Source: Eledone cirrhosa (taxonomy: Eukaryota). Taken from it: DNA of 64,000 nt. This document shows positions 13,383 through 26,759 of the stretch, piece after piece. The stretch is taken from contig OZ024747.1 in assembly GCA_964016885.1 (NCBI GenBank), positions 55,614,001 to 55,678,000 on the forward strand. Direction: 5' to 3'. A model generated the notes under the pieces. The model ran no database searches and had not been told where the DNA came from. It worked only from the letters and a program-made list of their open reading frames with translations. The position numbers were made by a program, and so were the translations under genes. Positions within the stretch are counted from its first letter, which is position 1. Each line of letters opens with the position of its first letter.

Positions 13383-14340
13383 TCATCATCATATTTTAAC
13401 ATCCACTCTCCCCGCTAGCAAAGGTTGAACAAGTCTATATAGACCATGTTAATACTGTAGCAGGTCTACTGATAGAAGGATCTTCCTCTTGCTTATGTAT
13501 GGTTATACATTCTATTGAGTGCACATGAGAAGTCACCGTGTCTTTTGACACAAACTGAAGGGTCTTCCCAACCATTTCTTTAGCAAACTTTCTATGATTG
13601 GATGCTTTTCCTATCACCAACCACTTTACAACATCTACTGGATGTGATGCTTATGTAAATCACTACCTCTAGAGTGGTTGTTGCGTCTTTGACACAACTG
13701 AAGGATCCTCTCACCGTTTTAGTTATAAGGACACATGGATTGGTCAGGTCATATTGTATGCTTATTGCCAGCTCTTCATCATCACATCACAGCACAAGTC
13801 TCTTGATCCTTTTTCATTTCAGTTATGAGGCTTAGTTTCCTAAGCTCTTCATTACCTCGTCCCAAGTACTCTCAGGTCTTGAATAATCGTCCCTATTAAT
13901 TTTTCAGATTCCCCCTGCTTATTAAATTTTGATAATCTATCTCTGGCAAAATTCTATTGTAAGTGATTCATATTGATACAGCAAGTGGAGAATCTAATAA
14001 TAATTTTATTTTGCATTAAAAAAACCCATTATATATGACAAAAGAAATGAACATTACAAGAAATCCCATATTTACTAATGTACGCAATACAATTACCAAA
14101 TTCCCAACCTCTCCACCCATTTATTCCTCCCCTACCCCACTTTTAAGAATTTAAGTAAATGCCCAATCCCTTCTCTTATTCATCCCTTATTATTTGGGAC
14201 CCAAGTGTATGCGTTTTTCATGGGTTCCAGCAACTGAAATTTCTCTGCATTTCTTTGTAGCTGTTATCCCCCTTGCACACCTACTAATTCAGTCTTGTCT
14301 TTTACACACTACATCTAATACCTCTTATGCAAGAGGACAA
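13383..14340 (-). mobile_element. Old RTE 3' fragment interrupted by a TA-flanked MITE
   Basis: IRGIRCSV (near 14310-14330) and TWDEV (near 13850-13866) flank the MITE; tail-2-like end near 13383-13430. Confidence 0.55.
13867..14209. mobile_element. TA-flanked MITE (Tc1/mariner type)
   Basis: Ends TACTCTCAGGTCTTGAATAA / TTATTTGGGACCCAAGTGTA (imperfect TIR with terminal TA); second copy at 38418-38738. Confidence 0.75.
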
Positions 14341-14576
14341 TGTCAAAGAGATACCAGCTGTGGTCAGGACATTAGCGGCATCTCATTGAAACTTCAAAAC
14401 TTCTTAAATGCAAGATCGCTATCATGCAAACATTATCCTTGCTAGATACTCAGAATATTTTAAGGAAATTATTATCGGTCTGAGGTCTTTATTTTGACTT
14501 AACAGATGAGTAAATACACATCTACATCAACCATCAAAACTGTATGAGAAAATGATAATGATGAAAACAACAAGTA

Positions 14577-16035
14577 TAATAATAATTGTTTCTACTTTAG
14601 GAACAAGGCCAGCAATTTGATAGGGAGGGAACAGTTGATTAAATTGACCCCAGTACTTACTGGTGCTTTATCTTATTGACTCCCTAAGGATGAAAGACAA
14701 AGCTAATATCAGCGGAATTTGAACTCAGAAACTATGGAGACGTAACTCTATGCCACAAAGAATGTTGTCCGATTCTCTACCGACTCTGCCAATCCAAATA
14801 ACAATAATAATGTTAATAATAATTGTTTCTACTTTTTGGCACAAGGCCAGCGATTATCCCAGTGTATTACTGGTACTTTATTTTATTGACCCCGTAAGGA
14901 TGAAAGGCAAAGTTAACCTTGGCGGAATTTGAACCTAGACCATAAAGGGCCGTAACTCCATAATACAAAGCATGGCGTCCGACCCTCTACCAATACTGCC
15001 AATCCGCCGCCCTTGATAATGTTAATAATAATTGTTTCTACTTTAGGCTCAAGGCCAGCAATTACCCAGTGCATTACTGGTACTTTATTTTATCGAGGAT
15101 GAAAGGCTAAGTCAACCTCGGCTGGATTTGAACTCAGATCGTAAAGGGACGTAACTGTGCTGGAAAGCATGGTGTCTGACCCTCTACCAATACTGCCAAT
15201 CCACCGCCCATGTTAATAATAATGTTAATAATAATGGTTAATAATAATGTTAACAGTAATGGTTTCTGATTTAGGCACAAGGCCAGCAAATTTGCAGGGA
15301 GGAGAAAGTCAATTAACTCAACCTAAGTACATTACCGGTACTTTATTTTATCGAACCCGTAAGGATGAAAGGCAAAGCTAGTTCTCGGCAGGATTTGAAC
15401 TCAGAACGTGGCACAAGGCCAGCAATTATTCCAATGTATTACTGGTACTTTATTTTATTGACCCCGTAAGGATGAAAGGCAAAGTTAACCTAGGCGGGAT
15501 TTGAACTCAGAATGCCAAGGGCCTTAACTCTATGCATCAAAGCATGGCGTCCGAGCCTCTACCGATACTGCCAATCCACCGCCCTTAACAATAATAATAA
15601 TAATAATTGTTTCTACTTTTGGCACAAGGTCAGCAATTACTCCAGTGCATTACTGGTACTTTATGTTATTGACCTGATAAGGATGAAAGGCAAAGCTAAC
15701 ATCGGTGGGATTTGAACTCAGAACATAATGGGCTATAACTCTATGCTGCATAGCTTGTTGTTTGATGGTCTACCGATACTGTCAATCTGCCACCCTAATA
15801 ATAATAACAATATTAATAATAACTCTGAGGGTGGTGGATTGGCAGTATCGGTAGAGTGTCGGACGCTATGCTTTGCAGCATAGAGTTACGGCCCTTTATG
15901 ATCTGAGTTCAAATCCCGCCGAGGTTAACTTTGCCTTTCATCCTTACGGGGTCGATGAAATAAAGTACCAGTCATACACTGGGGTCCATTTAATCGACTT
16001 TCCTCTCCCCCAAAATTGCTCGCCTTGTGCCTATA
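14577..16035. mobile_element. Cluster of about seven SINE B copies (six minus, one plus)
   Basis: Copies at ~14577-14790, 14815-15012, 15025-15209, 15255-15408, 15410-15585, 15600-15795 (minus) and 15829-16035 (plus), mostly separated by (AAT)n. Confidence 0.9.
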
Positions 16036-16039
16036 TAAG

Positions 16040-17043
16040 AAACCAATATTAATAATAACCTTTACTCACTTGTTATACATGGATGACGTGAAGCTATTTG
16101 CAAAAAATGATTAGCAATTGCCAGGGCTATTATCCACTATGAATTTGGACTAGATAAATGCAACAAAGCCACATTCATCAGAGAAAAGCTGCAGAAAAAT
16201 TCAGACATTAATCTTGATCAGGGGAATGTTATTAGAGAACTTGATCAAGAGGAAAATTACAAATATCTAGGTGTTTGTGAAGGAGACAGAATCAAGCACT
16301 CGACAATGAGGGAAAGGATAAGGAAGGAATGTTACTGGAAAGTAAGAGCAGTTTTAAGAGCTAAATGCAAGGAATAAGATCGATGCCATAAACACACTTG
16401 CCATACCAGTCATATCTTACAGTTTCAATGTCATCAACTGATCATGAACAGAGATCCATAAATTCAATACAAAAATTAGGAAGCTCTAGACCATGCGCAG
16501 AATGCATCACCCTAAGGCAGATACAGATAGAATATATCTCCCTAGGAAAGAAGGAGGACGTGGATTAATGCAACCCATTGTGCCATGTGTGTAAAAAACA
16601 ACCAGAGACCATTGATCATATGACTTCAATGTGCAGCTTGAAAAATTGAGCAAATATAAAAACCTGGAAATAGAGATTGGAATAATGTGGAAGTTGAGAG
16701 TTAAACCATACCAGTGGTTGTAGGCACTCTAGGAATGATACCTAAGGGGTCTAATGATTACTTATGCCAACTCCCAGGAAACCTGCATATAGAAGAGATA
16801 CAAAAGATAGTACTAATGGAAACTGCCCATATACTAAGGAAAAAATCTGTTGATATAAGTATATCACAAGTGTAAACACTTAAAGCAACATGTGTGTGTG
16901 GGGGGGGGGGGGGGGGTTATTGAACATGGTGGACCTTGGTGTTTCTTGAGGACAGTGATTGTGACTTAGTGATAATTTGTATTAACATAAAGCAAGATAA
17001 ATGAATTGACAATGAAAACAATAATAACAACAACAATAATAAT
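16040..17043 (+). mobile_element. R4/Dong-clade LINE remnant (RT plus RLE end, internally deleted)
   Basis: FTHLLYMDDVKLFAK, FGLDKC, YKYLGV, MHHPKADTDRIYLPRKEGGRGL, KYKNLEIEI..MWKLRVKTIPVVVGTLG; AAT/AAC repeats on both sides. Confidence 0.9.
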
Positions 17044-17298
17044 AAATACTGTCTTTAATAATAAATTAAACTACTTTAGCATGTATTAAAACTTAGTGAC
17101 AAATGTAAATATTTAAGTGGTAAGAGGAATAAGTTGGTGACCAGTGTAATGAAGTCACAACAATGATTAAGAATCTGTTTAAGAGAGTCTTGAAAAATAA
17201 AGCATCTGTCAAATAGTGTAAATTTCTAAATATCAACAGAGTTAGAGAGACACTTGTCACTACTGGATATTCTAATACATTAGTTGATTAATATATAA

Positions 17299-17890
<592 letters not shown>

Positions 17891-18372
17891 ATGTATAAAT
17901 AATTGACAAATATAGAATGACACATGCATATGTAATGAACACATACATAATAAGCAACTTTCAAGACACAAGTGTTATCTGAAATAAATGCCTCTATGAA
18001 TCATTCTTAAAATTGTAAACGAATAATTTATATATATATAAAATTCTTTGTTTCCTTATGCTTTCTCAAACGGCTCGACCAAATCAAATCAAATTTTACA
18101 AGGTATTGGTATTAAATCCTGGGATTAACAACATGTACTTTTCATTTTCATTTGGATTAAAACAATATAACATTTTATATAAAATAATCTTTGTATTGTC
18201 AACTATAAAGCAGACATTTTATAACACTACGATGACGTCGACGTCATGCTGTATATGAGTGTGTGTTTGCATTTGTGTTACGTAAGTTAGGCTCTAGTAA
18301 GTTGCATACATATTATCTTCACGTACATATTTAATCAGATACACAGAGAATTAAACACACACACACACACAC

Positions 18373-18418
<46 letters not shown>

Positions 18419-18586
18419 CTACACCTACATATGTGATGACTGATAAGTATATGTGTGTGTGAGTGTATGTGAGAGTTTAGGTGTGTGTGACAATCCATAC
18501 ATTTCTGTGATGACTGACATAACGAACACACTCACACCTATCTAAAGAGAGAGAGACACAGAGGGAAAGGGAGAGAGAGAGAGAGG

Positions 18587-18658
<72 letters not shown>

Positions 18659-18904
18659 CAGACAGACAGAGAGGCCATTATACAGAGAGAAATACAATTA
18701 AAGTCTTTGATATTCAGAGAACGTCCCACAAAAGTCTAGAATCGGCTTAAACTATAGATCAAAGTATCAGTTGAATGTTTAACAATATGGCGTTAGCTTT
18801 TCTAATGTCGTCTTTGATTTTACAGAACACAGAAAAAATTGCTACTATTTGAAATTAATCTACAGTGTATATTAAGTTAGCTTTCTGAGGATAGTGTCAT
18901 GTTA

Positions 18905-19490
18905 TTATTGACCTAATTCAGAATAAGAGACGGGAAACAGAAAGCTTAAGACAACAAGAAAGAGGACCGCAACTTTCTGAAAGTGTACAGAACATGAGAC
19001 AGGAAACAAAAAGATTAAGGCAAGAAGAAAGACTATCGCAATAAACAGAAGTTCAACATGAAAATCACCAAGAGGCAATGACAGTTGCGATGTAAACTCG
19101 ACGATCACAAACAATTCTTCAAGACAGAATAAACTGGCTAAGAGCTGTATTTTCATATGATCCATCAAAGAATTTTAGAAATGATCCTAAAGTTGCGATT
19201 GGTAGCATGGATATTACACTTAGCATGTGTTGCTTCGCAGGAAAGGTCAGACTTCCACTGATAGAGGACCCTGCAGCCTTTATCCGGATACTGCTTACAG
19301 ACCATACTAACGAAGCTAAGCACTTCAGAAGCAATGTTATGTGGTATATTGCTGCATTTCAGATGACAGACATCCTTTGGAGCTGAAAAAGATCATACTA
19401 TGGTTATTTCAAGATTTTTAAAATCCAAGGCCAATGTTACCATTTAATCGGCAGTTTACTCACCCAACCTAATAAAGAAGTTTTACGATT
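18905..19490 (+). mobile_element. Helitron RepHel N-terminal fragment (pseudogenised)
   Basis: KRRETESLRQQE..RQETKRLRQEERL repeats, then MCCFAGKVRLPLIEDP..HFRSNV..AAFQMT/SFGA..FKIQGQCYHLIGSLL, characteristic RepHel motifs; frameshifts. Confidence 0.85.
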
Positions 19491-19529
19491 GTTTTTTATG
19501 TCACATCCAATACAGTCATTTTCTCTTTT

Positions 19530-19830
19530 ATCCGTCCTCTCCCTAATTGGGATTTCTTGGCACTTCTTTACCCAGCAGTAATCGTACATGCACATCACAT
19601 GGCCATACCAATGCAGTCTTCTCTTTCGCACATTGACATTGTACATCCAGCGGAGCATGCTTACTACATTTATCTCCAGCCGTCGCATATCCTCCACAGT
19701 TGCTGCCCATGTCTCACTACCATGCAGCATTGCGCATCTTACACAGATATCATTCAACCGGCCTTTCGTTCGCAGGGAGAAACCCTTCTTTGTCATCAGA
19801 GGAAGCAGATCCCTAAACTTCTTCCAACCG
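19530..19830 (-). mobile_element. RTE family 1 fragment
   Basis: KGFSLRTKGRLNDICVRCAMLHGSETWA..RRLHWYGHVM; homologous to 662-1131. Confidence 0.9.
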
Positions 19831-19842
19831 TATTTGTGAGTG

Positions 19843-19896
<54 letters not shown>

Positions 19897-19902
19897 GTGA
19901 GT

Positions 19903-19964
<62 letters not shown>

Positions 19965-20449
19965 ATGTATATCATCATTATCATTTAATGTCTGTTTTCT
20001 CTGTTGGAAAGTGTTTTACATATATATATTTCCCTCTTTACCTAACCCTATCCAAAACCACAAAATAAATTAATTACAATAAACCAAAGACACATTATGC
20101 AAATTACAATTCTTCAACTACTTTACCTCTTATCAAAACAATTCTGGCATTTCAATAAGCTTAAAGTACCTAACTCACACAATACAAAATATGAATACTC
20201 AGGTAAACAAACAATGTTTAACTCAATAAAACGATCACCACTTCAACCAAAATTATTCACTATCTAATATTTGCTGAAAAGCAATTAAAGCAATCTACAA
20301 AAACCAAAACTAATGAAAGTTAAATTTATATTTGTATTTTGGACGAAATTTGTTGGCTACAGTCACTCTCAAATATTTTAGTTTTAGTAGAGTTGTGGCT
20401 ACCAGAAATTTAAAAAGCATATATTATGTAGTACATTAAAATGGTTAAT

Positions 20450-20890
20450 GAATAAGGGCCAAAACACTTACTTGAGGGTTTTTTTCTCTGAAGACCTGTT
20501 GCCCAGCTCTCTTGAGAGTTTCGACCACTAATTATATTGACTACCAGACAGACAAACACGTAGCCATGAAGGTCAGTGACAGGCAGATGAAATATTTCAT
20601 CTGGAATAAGGGCCAAAACACTTCCTTGGGATGGGGTCTTCTCTGGAGACATTTTGCTGTCCAACTCTCCTGGTAGAGTTTCTATCACTAATTATATTGA
20701 TTACCTGATCAACAAGTCCATAGAAATCAAGGTGGGTGGCAGGCAGATGAAATATTTCATCTTGAATAAGTACTGAAACATTTGCTTGAGGCAGGCTTTC
20801 TTCTCTTACGACCTTCTGCTGTCCAGCTCTCCTGAGTGTTTCTACCACTAATTATATTGACTATTGTATAAATAAACACATAGCCATCAA
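20450..20890. repeat. Diverged tandem repeat, three units of ~155 bp
   Basis: Units start GAATAAG at ~20450, 20604, 20764; all share CACTAATTATATTGA; units 1-2 end GGCAGATGAAATATTTCATCT. Confidence 0.9.
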
Positions 20891-21330
20891 ACATTAAACC
20901 CCATATAAAAGTAAATTAATTCACCACATGTCCACACAAGAAAATATATTCAAACCAAAAATAAACCAAAACCAAAACTGAGTCTAAATATGCTACAATC
21001 TAGCAAGGAAGTCAAACATTAGCAGTAACAGTTTTAATTCACTATAAATATTCCATAGAACAAACCAAACCATCATGATATTCTTAAACAGAGATCCTTT
21101 CGAACATTTAAATCCAAGAATTACTGCACAAAAATGTTATAGTTCACTATCCAGTGCAAGAATTTAATTTAGTATAATTAAATAAATTAGAATTTGAAAC
21201 TAAATGTACAAAATAGAATTTTAGATAAATATTAAATTTATACCTGGATTCTGGTAACATGGTTGAAAATGTATGTATGTGTGTATATATATATGTATGT
21301 AGATATATGTATGTCGATATGTATATATAT

Positions 21331-21677
21331 ATATAAATTACACAATTATCAAAGTTATGTTCAAATCATTTTATAGCTGACAATCGTTTCTTCAAAAATT
21401 TCGTTTGGAGTCATCGGAGCATTAGCAATGTCTGTACATATAATTAACCTCCTATTCAACTGAACAATCATATAGATACATATATATTGATGTTGAACGA
21501 AACTGTTGTTCACAACATCAATATATATGTACCTATATGATTGTTCAGTTGAATAGGAGTTTAATTATATGTACAAACATTGATAATGCTCCGATGACTC
21601 CAAACGAAAGTTCGGAAGAAACGATTGTCAGCAATAAAATGTTTTGAACATAACTTTGATAATTGTGTAATTTATAT
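21331..21677. repeat. Long inverted repeat (165-bp arms) of a PLE-like terminal repeat
   Basis: Arms 21331-21495 and 21513-21677, about 9 mismatches by eye; left arm abuts (TA)n. Confidence 0.95.
21587..21633 (+). ncRNA. Minimal hammerhead ribozyme motif (CCGAUGA variant); mirror copy at 21376-21421 on minus strand
   Basis: tgct CCGATGA ctccaaac-gaaa-gttcggaa GAAA CgattG TC agca. Confidence 0.65.
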
Positions 21678-21760
21678 TCCTGCTCTGTAAAACACCTGAT
21701 GTTCTTACATTGAGCTATTTCTCTTATTGGTAATAAGGTAGTAGGAAATTTCTGACCTTT

Positions 21761-21874
21761 CCTGTTTATAGTTGTTTATAGTATATACATAACTATAAAT
21801 AGTATCATTATTATATATATATAATAATGATACTATTTATAGTTATGTATATACTATAAACAACTATAAACAGG
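21761..21874. repeat. Perfect 114-bp palindrome centred on (TA)n
   Basis: 21761-21817 is the exact reverse complement of 21818-21874. Confidence 0.95.
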
Positions 21875-21919
21875 GTGCCTAAAGTAGAAACAATTATTAT
21901 ATATATATATATATATATA

Positions 21920-22535
21920 TGGGGAGGTCATATTGTTGTAATAATATTGCCAGAATTAATAACAGAACACACTCACTGTTTGGTTGGTTTTCGCTTCTGT
22001 ATCTTTTATATCAGTTAATTTATTCGGTCCTCAATGTTTACCATTTACTGACCAACGGTCAAAAATACAGATATAATATAGATACAAACACATATATATA
22101 GTCTAACAAAGTTCTTTCTTTGCACATCTGCAACTACGTCAGTGGTGCTATTATGTTTCCTCCTGTTGTATTGTATGTCTACGCCATCTTTATTTAATCT
22201 GTTTATTTATTTATTTTTGACTTCTTCTCTGCGCATGCGTTTGCGTGTGTGTATAGTGTTTGATGTGTGTTCGCGTTTGGGTGACTGTATTTTGGTTATT
22301 GTATTCTATCTTAGTTTACTAGTGTCTCTTTACATGTGTTTGTTGTTATTGTGCTTGTGTATATATTTATTTATTTATTTATTTATATTTCTCATAGGTC
22401 AGTATTGTTTGTTTGGGTGTTGTTGTTATTCCATTCATTTTTCGGTTTAGCTTTGGCCTTCTAAGTTCTATTTCACTGGCCTCTCTGCTGGGTCATTTCT
22501 ATGTTTAGATATTATTTTAATTTCTATTTTGTCTC
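21920..22535 (-). mobile_element. Penelope-like element 3' fragment (GIY-YIG end plus 3' UTR)
   Basis: Minus-strand REASEIELRRPKLNRK at ~22440-22487 fits the PLE GIY-YIG C-terminal EA..I....P.LN motif; bounded by (TA)n. Confidence 0.6.
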
Positions 22536-22714
22536 TATATATATAAATGCATGTATGTATGTATATATATATATATATATATATGCATGTATGTATGTAT
22601 ATGTATGCATATATATATGTGTGTGTGTGTGTGTGTTTGTTTGTGTATCCCAGGTTCATTTGGGGGGGGGGGTAACCACAGTAAGTAAGGTACTCAATAC
22701 ATAGCAAAGTATAA

Positions 22715-22805
22715 ATATTTAATATAGAAATGGCTTCTATAGGACTGATGATTGCCTTCAAATGAATAGTTCTAGTCCTGTAGAAGCCATTTCTATATTA
22801 AATAT
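22715..22805. repeat. Fold-back, 32-bp arms
   Basis: 22715-22746 versus 22774-22805, one mismatch; abuts TA tract. Confidence 0.9.
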
Positions 22806-24013
22806 ATATACACACTCATACATACTTGTACGTACATAAAGCAAGATGTGAAACTATTAGTTATGAAAGAGTAATTTCTGCATATAATATATTCATAGAC
22901 ATATGGATATTATATATAATATTGTGCTGTTATATGTAATATGCATATATCTTCCATATTACTCACCACAACCCTCTACATTAACCATAATTCTATTTCT
23001 CACCTCTAAGATGGTTAGATGTCATCTACTTCCCTCACTTACCATCCTACTTCTTTGTGCTTCTCCACCACTTCCACTCCTCTCATTAGACATATCCTTA
23101 TTGCTTTCCCATCACATTGCTCATTCTGCTTTCTACTAAACCCCCTACCAACAACCAGCATGTAGCTATCACTCAATTTCTACTTTCTCTACCACCCTGC
23201 CATGCTGTTTTCCTCCTTCACTTTCATAATCATACTCTTTCCTCTGCAATTCTTCTCCTCTTCTCGCTTTCTAATCCTACACTTGAGAGTATGGAGAATT
23301 ATTTACTGGAAAGAGGTTTGTTTAACCATGCAGTGGGCATCACAACTTCTCTGGGATTGCTGCCATAATAAAATGTACTAAATAAGTGGTTGGCTATGAA
23401 ACAGATACAACATAAAGTTTGAAAGGCTCTCAAGTCTTATTGAGAACCTAACATCATCTCTAGTGTTGGTTCCAAGGAAATAAAACACCCAGTAGAATCT
23501 GTTAGTGATTGATGTTAGGAAGGGTATCCAGTCATAGAAGTCATAGCAAAAATACAGCATATGAACAAAGGAATGCCCTCTAATACATCTAGGATGGGGC
23601 AGTATCGTTAAATAAGAAATAACTGATGACCACCATGACAACGCAACCAAACTCTTTCTAGAATGCAAAGCAGACAATAAGAGGGTGGTGATGGTGGTGG
23701 TGGTGGGGGTGGGGGTGAAGATGATGATGGTGATGATGAAAATAACAACAGTGATGATGATGATGATGTTTATATTTGAAAGTAAAAGAATAAATGTAAA
23801 AACAACAAAACACCGATTTTTGTCCTTATCAATAATGGGTTTGTTCTCACTTCTACTTATCATACGACATGAAATGATAGATGTCAAAATGCCAATGGTT
23901 TATCTGTATATAAGATAATATATCTTTATTTTTATATCCATTATTATATTATATTTAGTAATAATAATGCCTTGTTTCTTATTTCATTGTTTTTATTTCT
24001 ATACATACACCCA

Positions 24014-24371
<358 letters not shown>

Positions 24372-24530
24372 GTATGTGTGTGTGTGTGTGCGTGTGCGTG
24401 TGTGTGTGTGCGTGTCTATTGACTCCATGTCAGATTCTATCTTGTGTTTCTGTTATAGAGAAGAGATAAGAATTATTTTATATTTTTGTATAAATATGTA
24501 CACATAAGTAGGTACGTCTGCATGTATATA

Positions 24531-24568
<38 letters not shown>

Positions 24569-25721
24569 TATATGTACATATATATATGTGTGCATATATC
24601 TGTATATATATGCATATAGATATGCCTACATATGCATATATATATGTATGTGTATGTATAAGTGATTGACTATTTTAGAGAGTGAAGAGACCTCAAGAGG
24701 GAGAGAGACAGAGAAATAGACAGAGATAGTATGATAAAAAAAATGAATAAATAAACAATGTAAATTTCAAAAACTGTTTCCATACGTTTGTTGCTAAGTA
24801 ACTAAATTGCCAGTAGTAATAGGTTGAATGATTATATAGATACTGATACTTAGACTGGTCAACACAGCATCAACTATATAACCTTGACCTTAAATCTAGC
24901 CCATGCCTCCTCTGCATCCCTCCACCTTTTGTTTTGTCATTTTTTTCGCCACCTGCACCCTCATTCCATCTCTTCTCACTATATTCTTGTGAATAAGCAG
25001 AGTTGTTTGAGTGTAAGACTGGCTCAATGTATTCTTAGTTCAAATACCATCAAGGTTAAATTCAGGAGCAAATCAAGTTGGCATTGGTTCCTAAACCGAA
25101 AATTTTGCCAGGGCTATTGTATATTGTTTATGGTTTCAAAAACATTATTTGAGCTCTTTAACCCTTTGGAGACAGAGCCCTTAACACAAGCCCTACAGAG
25201 GGCATGCCCTTATCTATGAAAAAAAATTATAAAAAATAAAGTGCATGATAAATAAATCACAGAACACAGCAAACAATCATTAAAAGGCCCAGATGTGCAA
25301 TGAAGAATCTGACTGGCTGGTATGAAAACCAGCCAGCCAGCCAGCCAGCTAATCTTGCAGCTTATATTATCAGGCCACGAGATTGGCCCTGTCATCTGCT
25401 ATAAGTTGAATATTTAGGGACCTTTGTTAAAACCCAATCAGCCATCCACTAATATGACACTGGTTACATTTATGTTTCATCTTTTCAGACTTCCATAAAA
25501 TGTAATCCTGATTGGTGGAATGGTTAGTGTATTGAGTCAGCTGTCTTTTGGCATTTATACTATGTCCTTGCATTTTGTTTTCAAACCTTGACGAGGTGAA
25601 TTTTGCTTTCTATGCTTTCTGAGACATTAAATTAAGTAACAATGCAGGGAGGTTTATTAGGGAAATTATTAAAGTGGCAGATAAGTTATATATATATTTA
25701 TTTTGTGTCTCTCCTATATAT

Positions 25722-26414
25722 ATGCACACATATATATATATGTACGTATGGATTCACTGAACATTTATTATAATGCTCGGTGTGTTTGTAAACAAACATC
25801 CCGTATTAAGCCGTAGTGTCTAGCAACCACCGTTGCTCGTTTGCTATATATATTTGTTCATGTATGTATGTATATATATATACATACTACTGTACGTATG
25901 TATACATATATGTATGTACGTATACATACTTATATTTAAGTAACAGCCGTACTAAGAGTGGGAAAGGAAATTTCGTTTCATTTTTTCCGTTTATCGTTTT
26001 CGGTGCACCCGGCCGATTAACCCACTCGATATGCAAATTGGGCTACTCAGCCGTTAATATGCATAAGGTAAGTATATACGTTCAACAATCTGGCAGGAAG
26101 GTATACGTTGCTGACGATAGCTAATAAGCTTGAAACTAGTACAGCGTTCCTTTGTCAGTGATGAACAAACGAGCAACGATGGTTGCTAGACACTACGGCT
26201 TAATACGGGATGTTTATTTACAAACACACCGAGCATTATAATAAATGTTCAGTGAATCCATACGTACATATATATATGTGTGCATGTATGTATATATATA
26301 TACATACTACTGTACGTCTGTATACATATATCTATGTACGTATACATACTTATATTTAAGTAACAGCCGTACTAAGAGTGGGAAATGAAATTTCGTTTCA
26401 TTTTTTCCGTTTAT
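25722..26414 (+). mobile_element. PLE-like terminal-repeat unit with inverted and direct partial copies
   Basis: Inverted pair 25722-25843 / 26166-26285; direct pair ~25859-25994 / 26283-26414; contains a hammerhead. Confidence 0.8.
26105..26147 (+). ncRNA. Minimal type I hammerhead ribozyme (PLE type)
   Basis: acgttg CTGACGA tagc-taataa-gctt GAAA CtaG TA cagcgt: intact core, 6-bp stem I with one G-U, palindromic stem III (ACTAGT), GUA site. Confidence 0.8.
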
Positions 26415-26683
26415 ATATATATATACATATATATGTGTATATATGTGAGTGCATGCGTATGTCTGTCTATACAGTAGACCCAAAATAATTATTGAAATAC
26501 CATGATGTAAAATTAAAAAAAATTAATATATATATATAATAATGAAGGAGATCACTGATCATGTGCTGGGGTGAACTTAATTCAAATAATTAGTCTCCTG
26601 ACTAAGAGTTAACTTGAAAATGGTCAACTTAATACCATGCATCAATAAATTAGCTTTACCTTGTTAATATAAATATAACAAAG

Positions 26684-26759
<76 letters not shown>

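Noticed and set aside
14577-16035. CRISPR-like array
   Set aside because: Units are ~200-bp SINEs in eukaryotic DNA; no short repeat-spacer pattern or cas genes.
18232-18247. 16-bp palindrome ATGACGTCGACGTCAT with CRE-like sites
   Set aside because: Single short motif, probably part of the adjacent Helitron; no evidence of function.
21238-21270. Minus-strand ACCATG...CCAG|GTATAA possible first coding exon
   Set aside because: No acceptor or promoter context and no partner exons.
22740-22780. CTGATGA inside a fold-back
   Set aside because: GAAT instead of GAAA and no UH; apparent stem I is just the inverted duplication.
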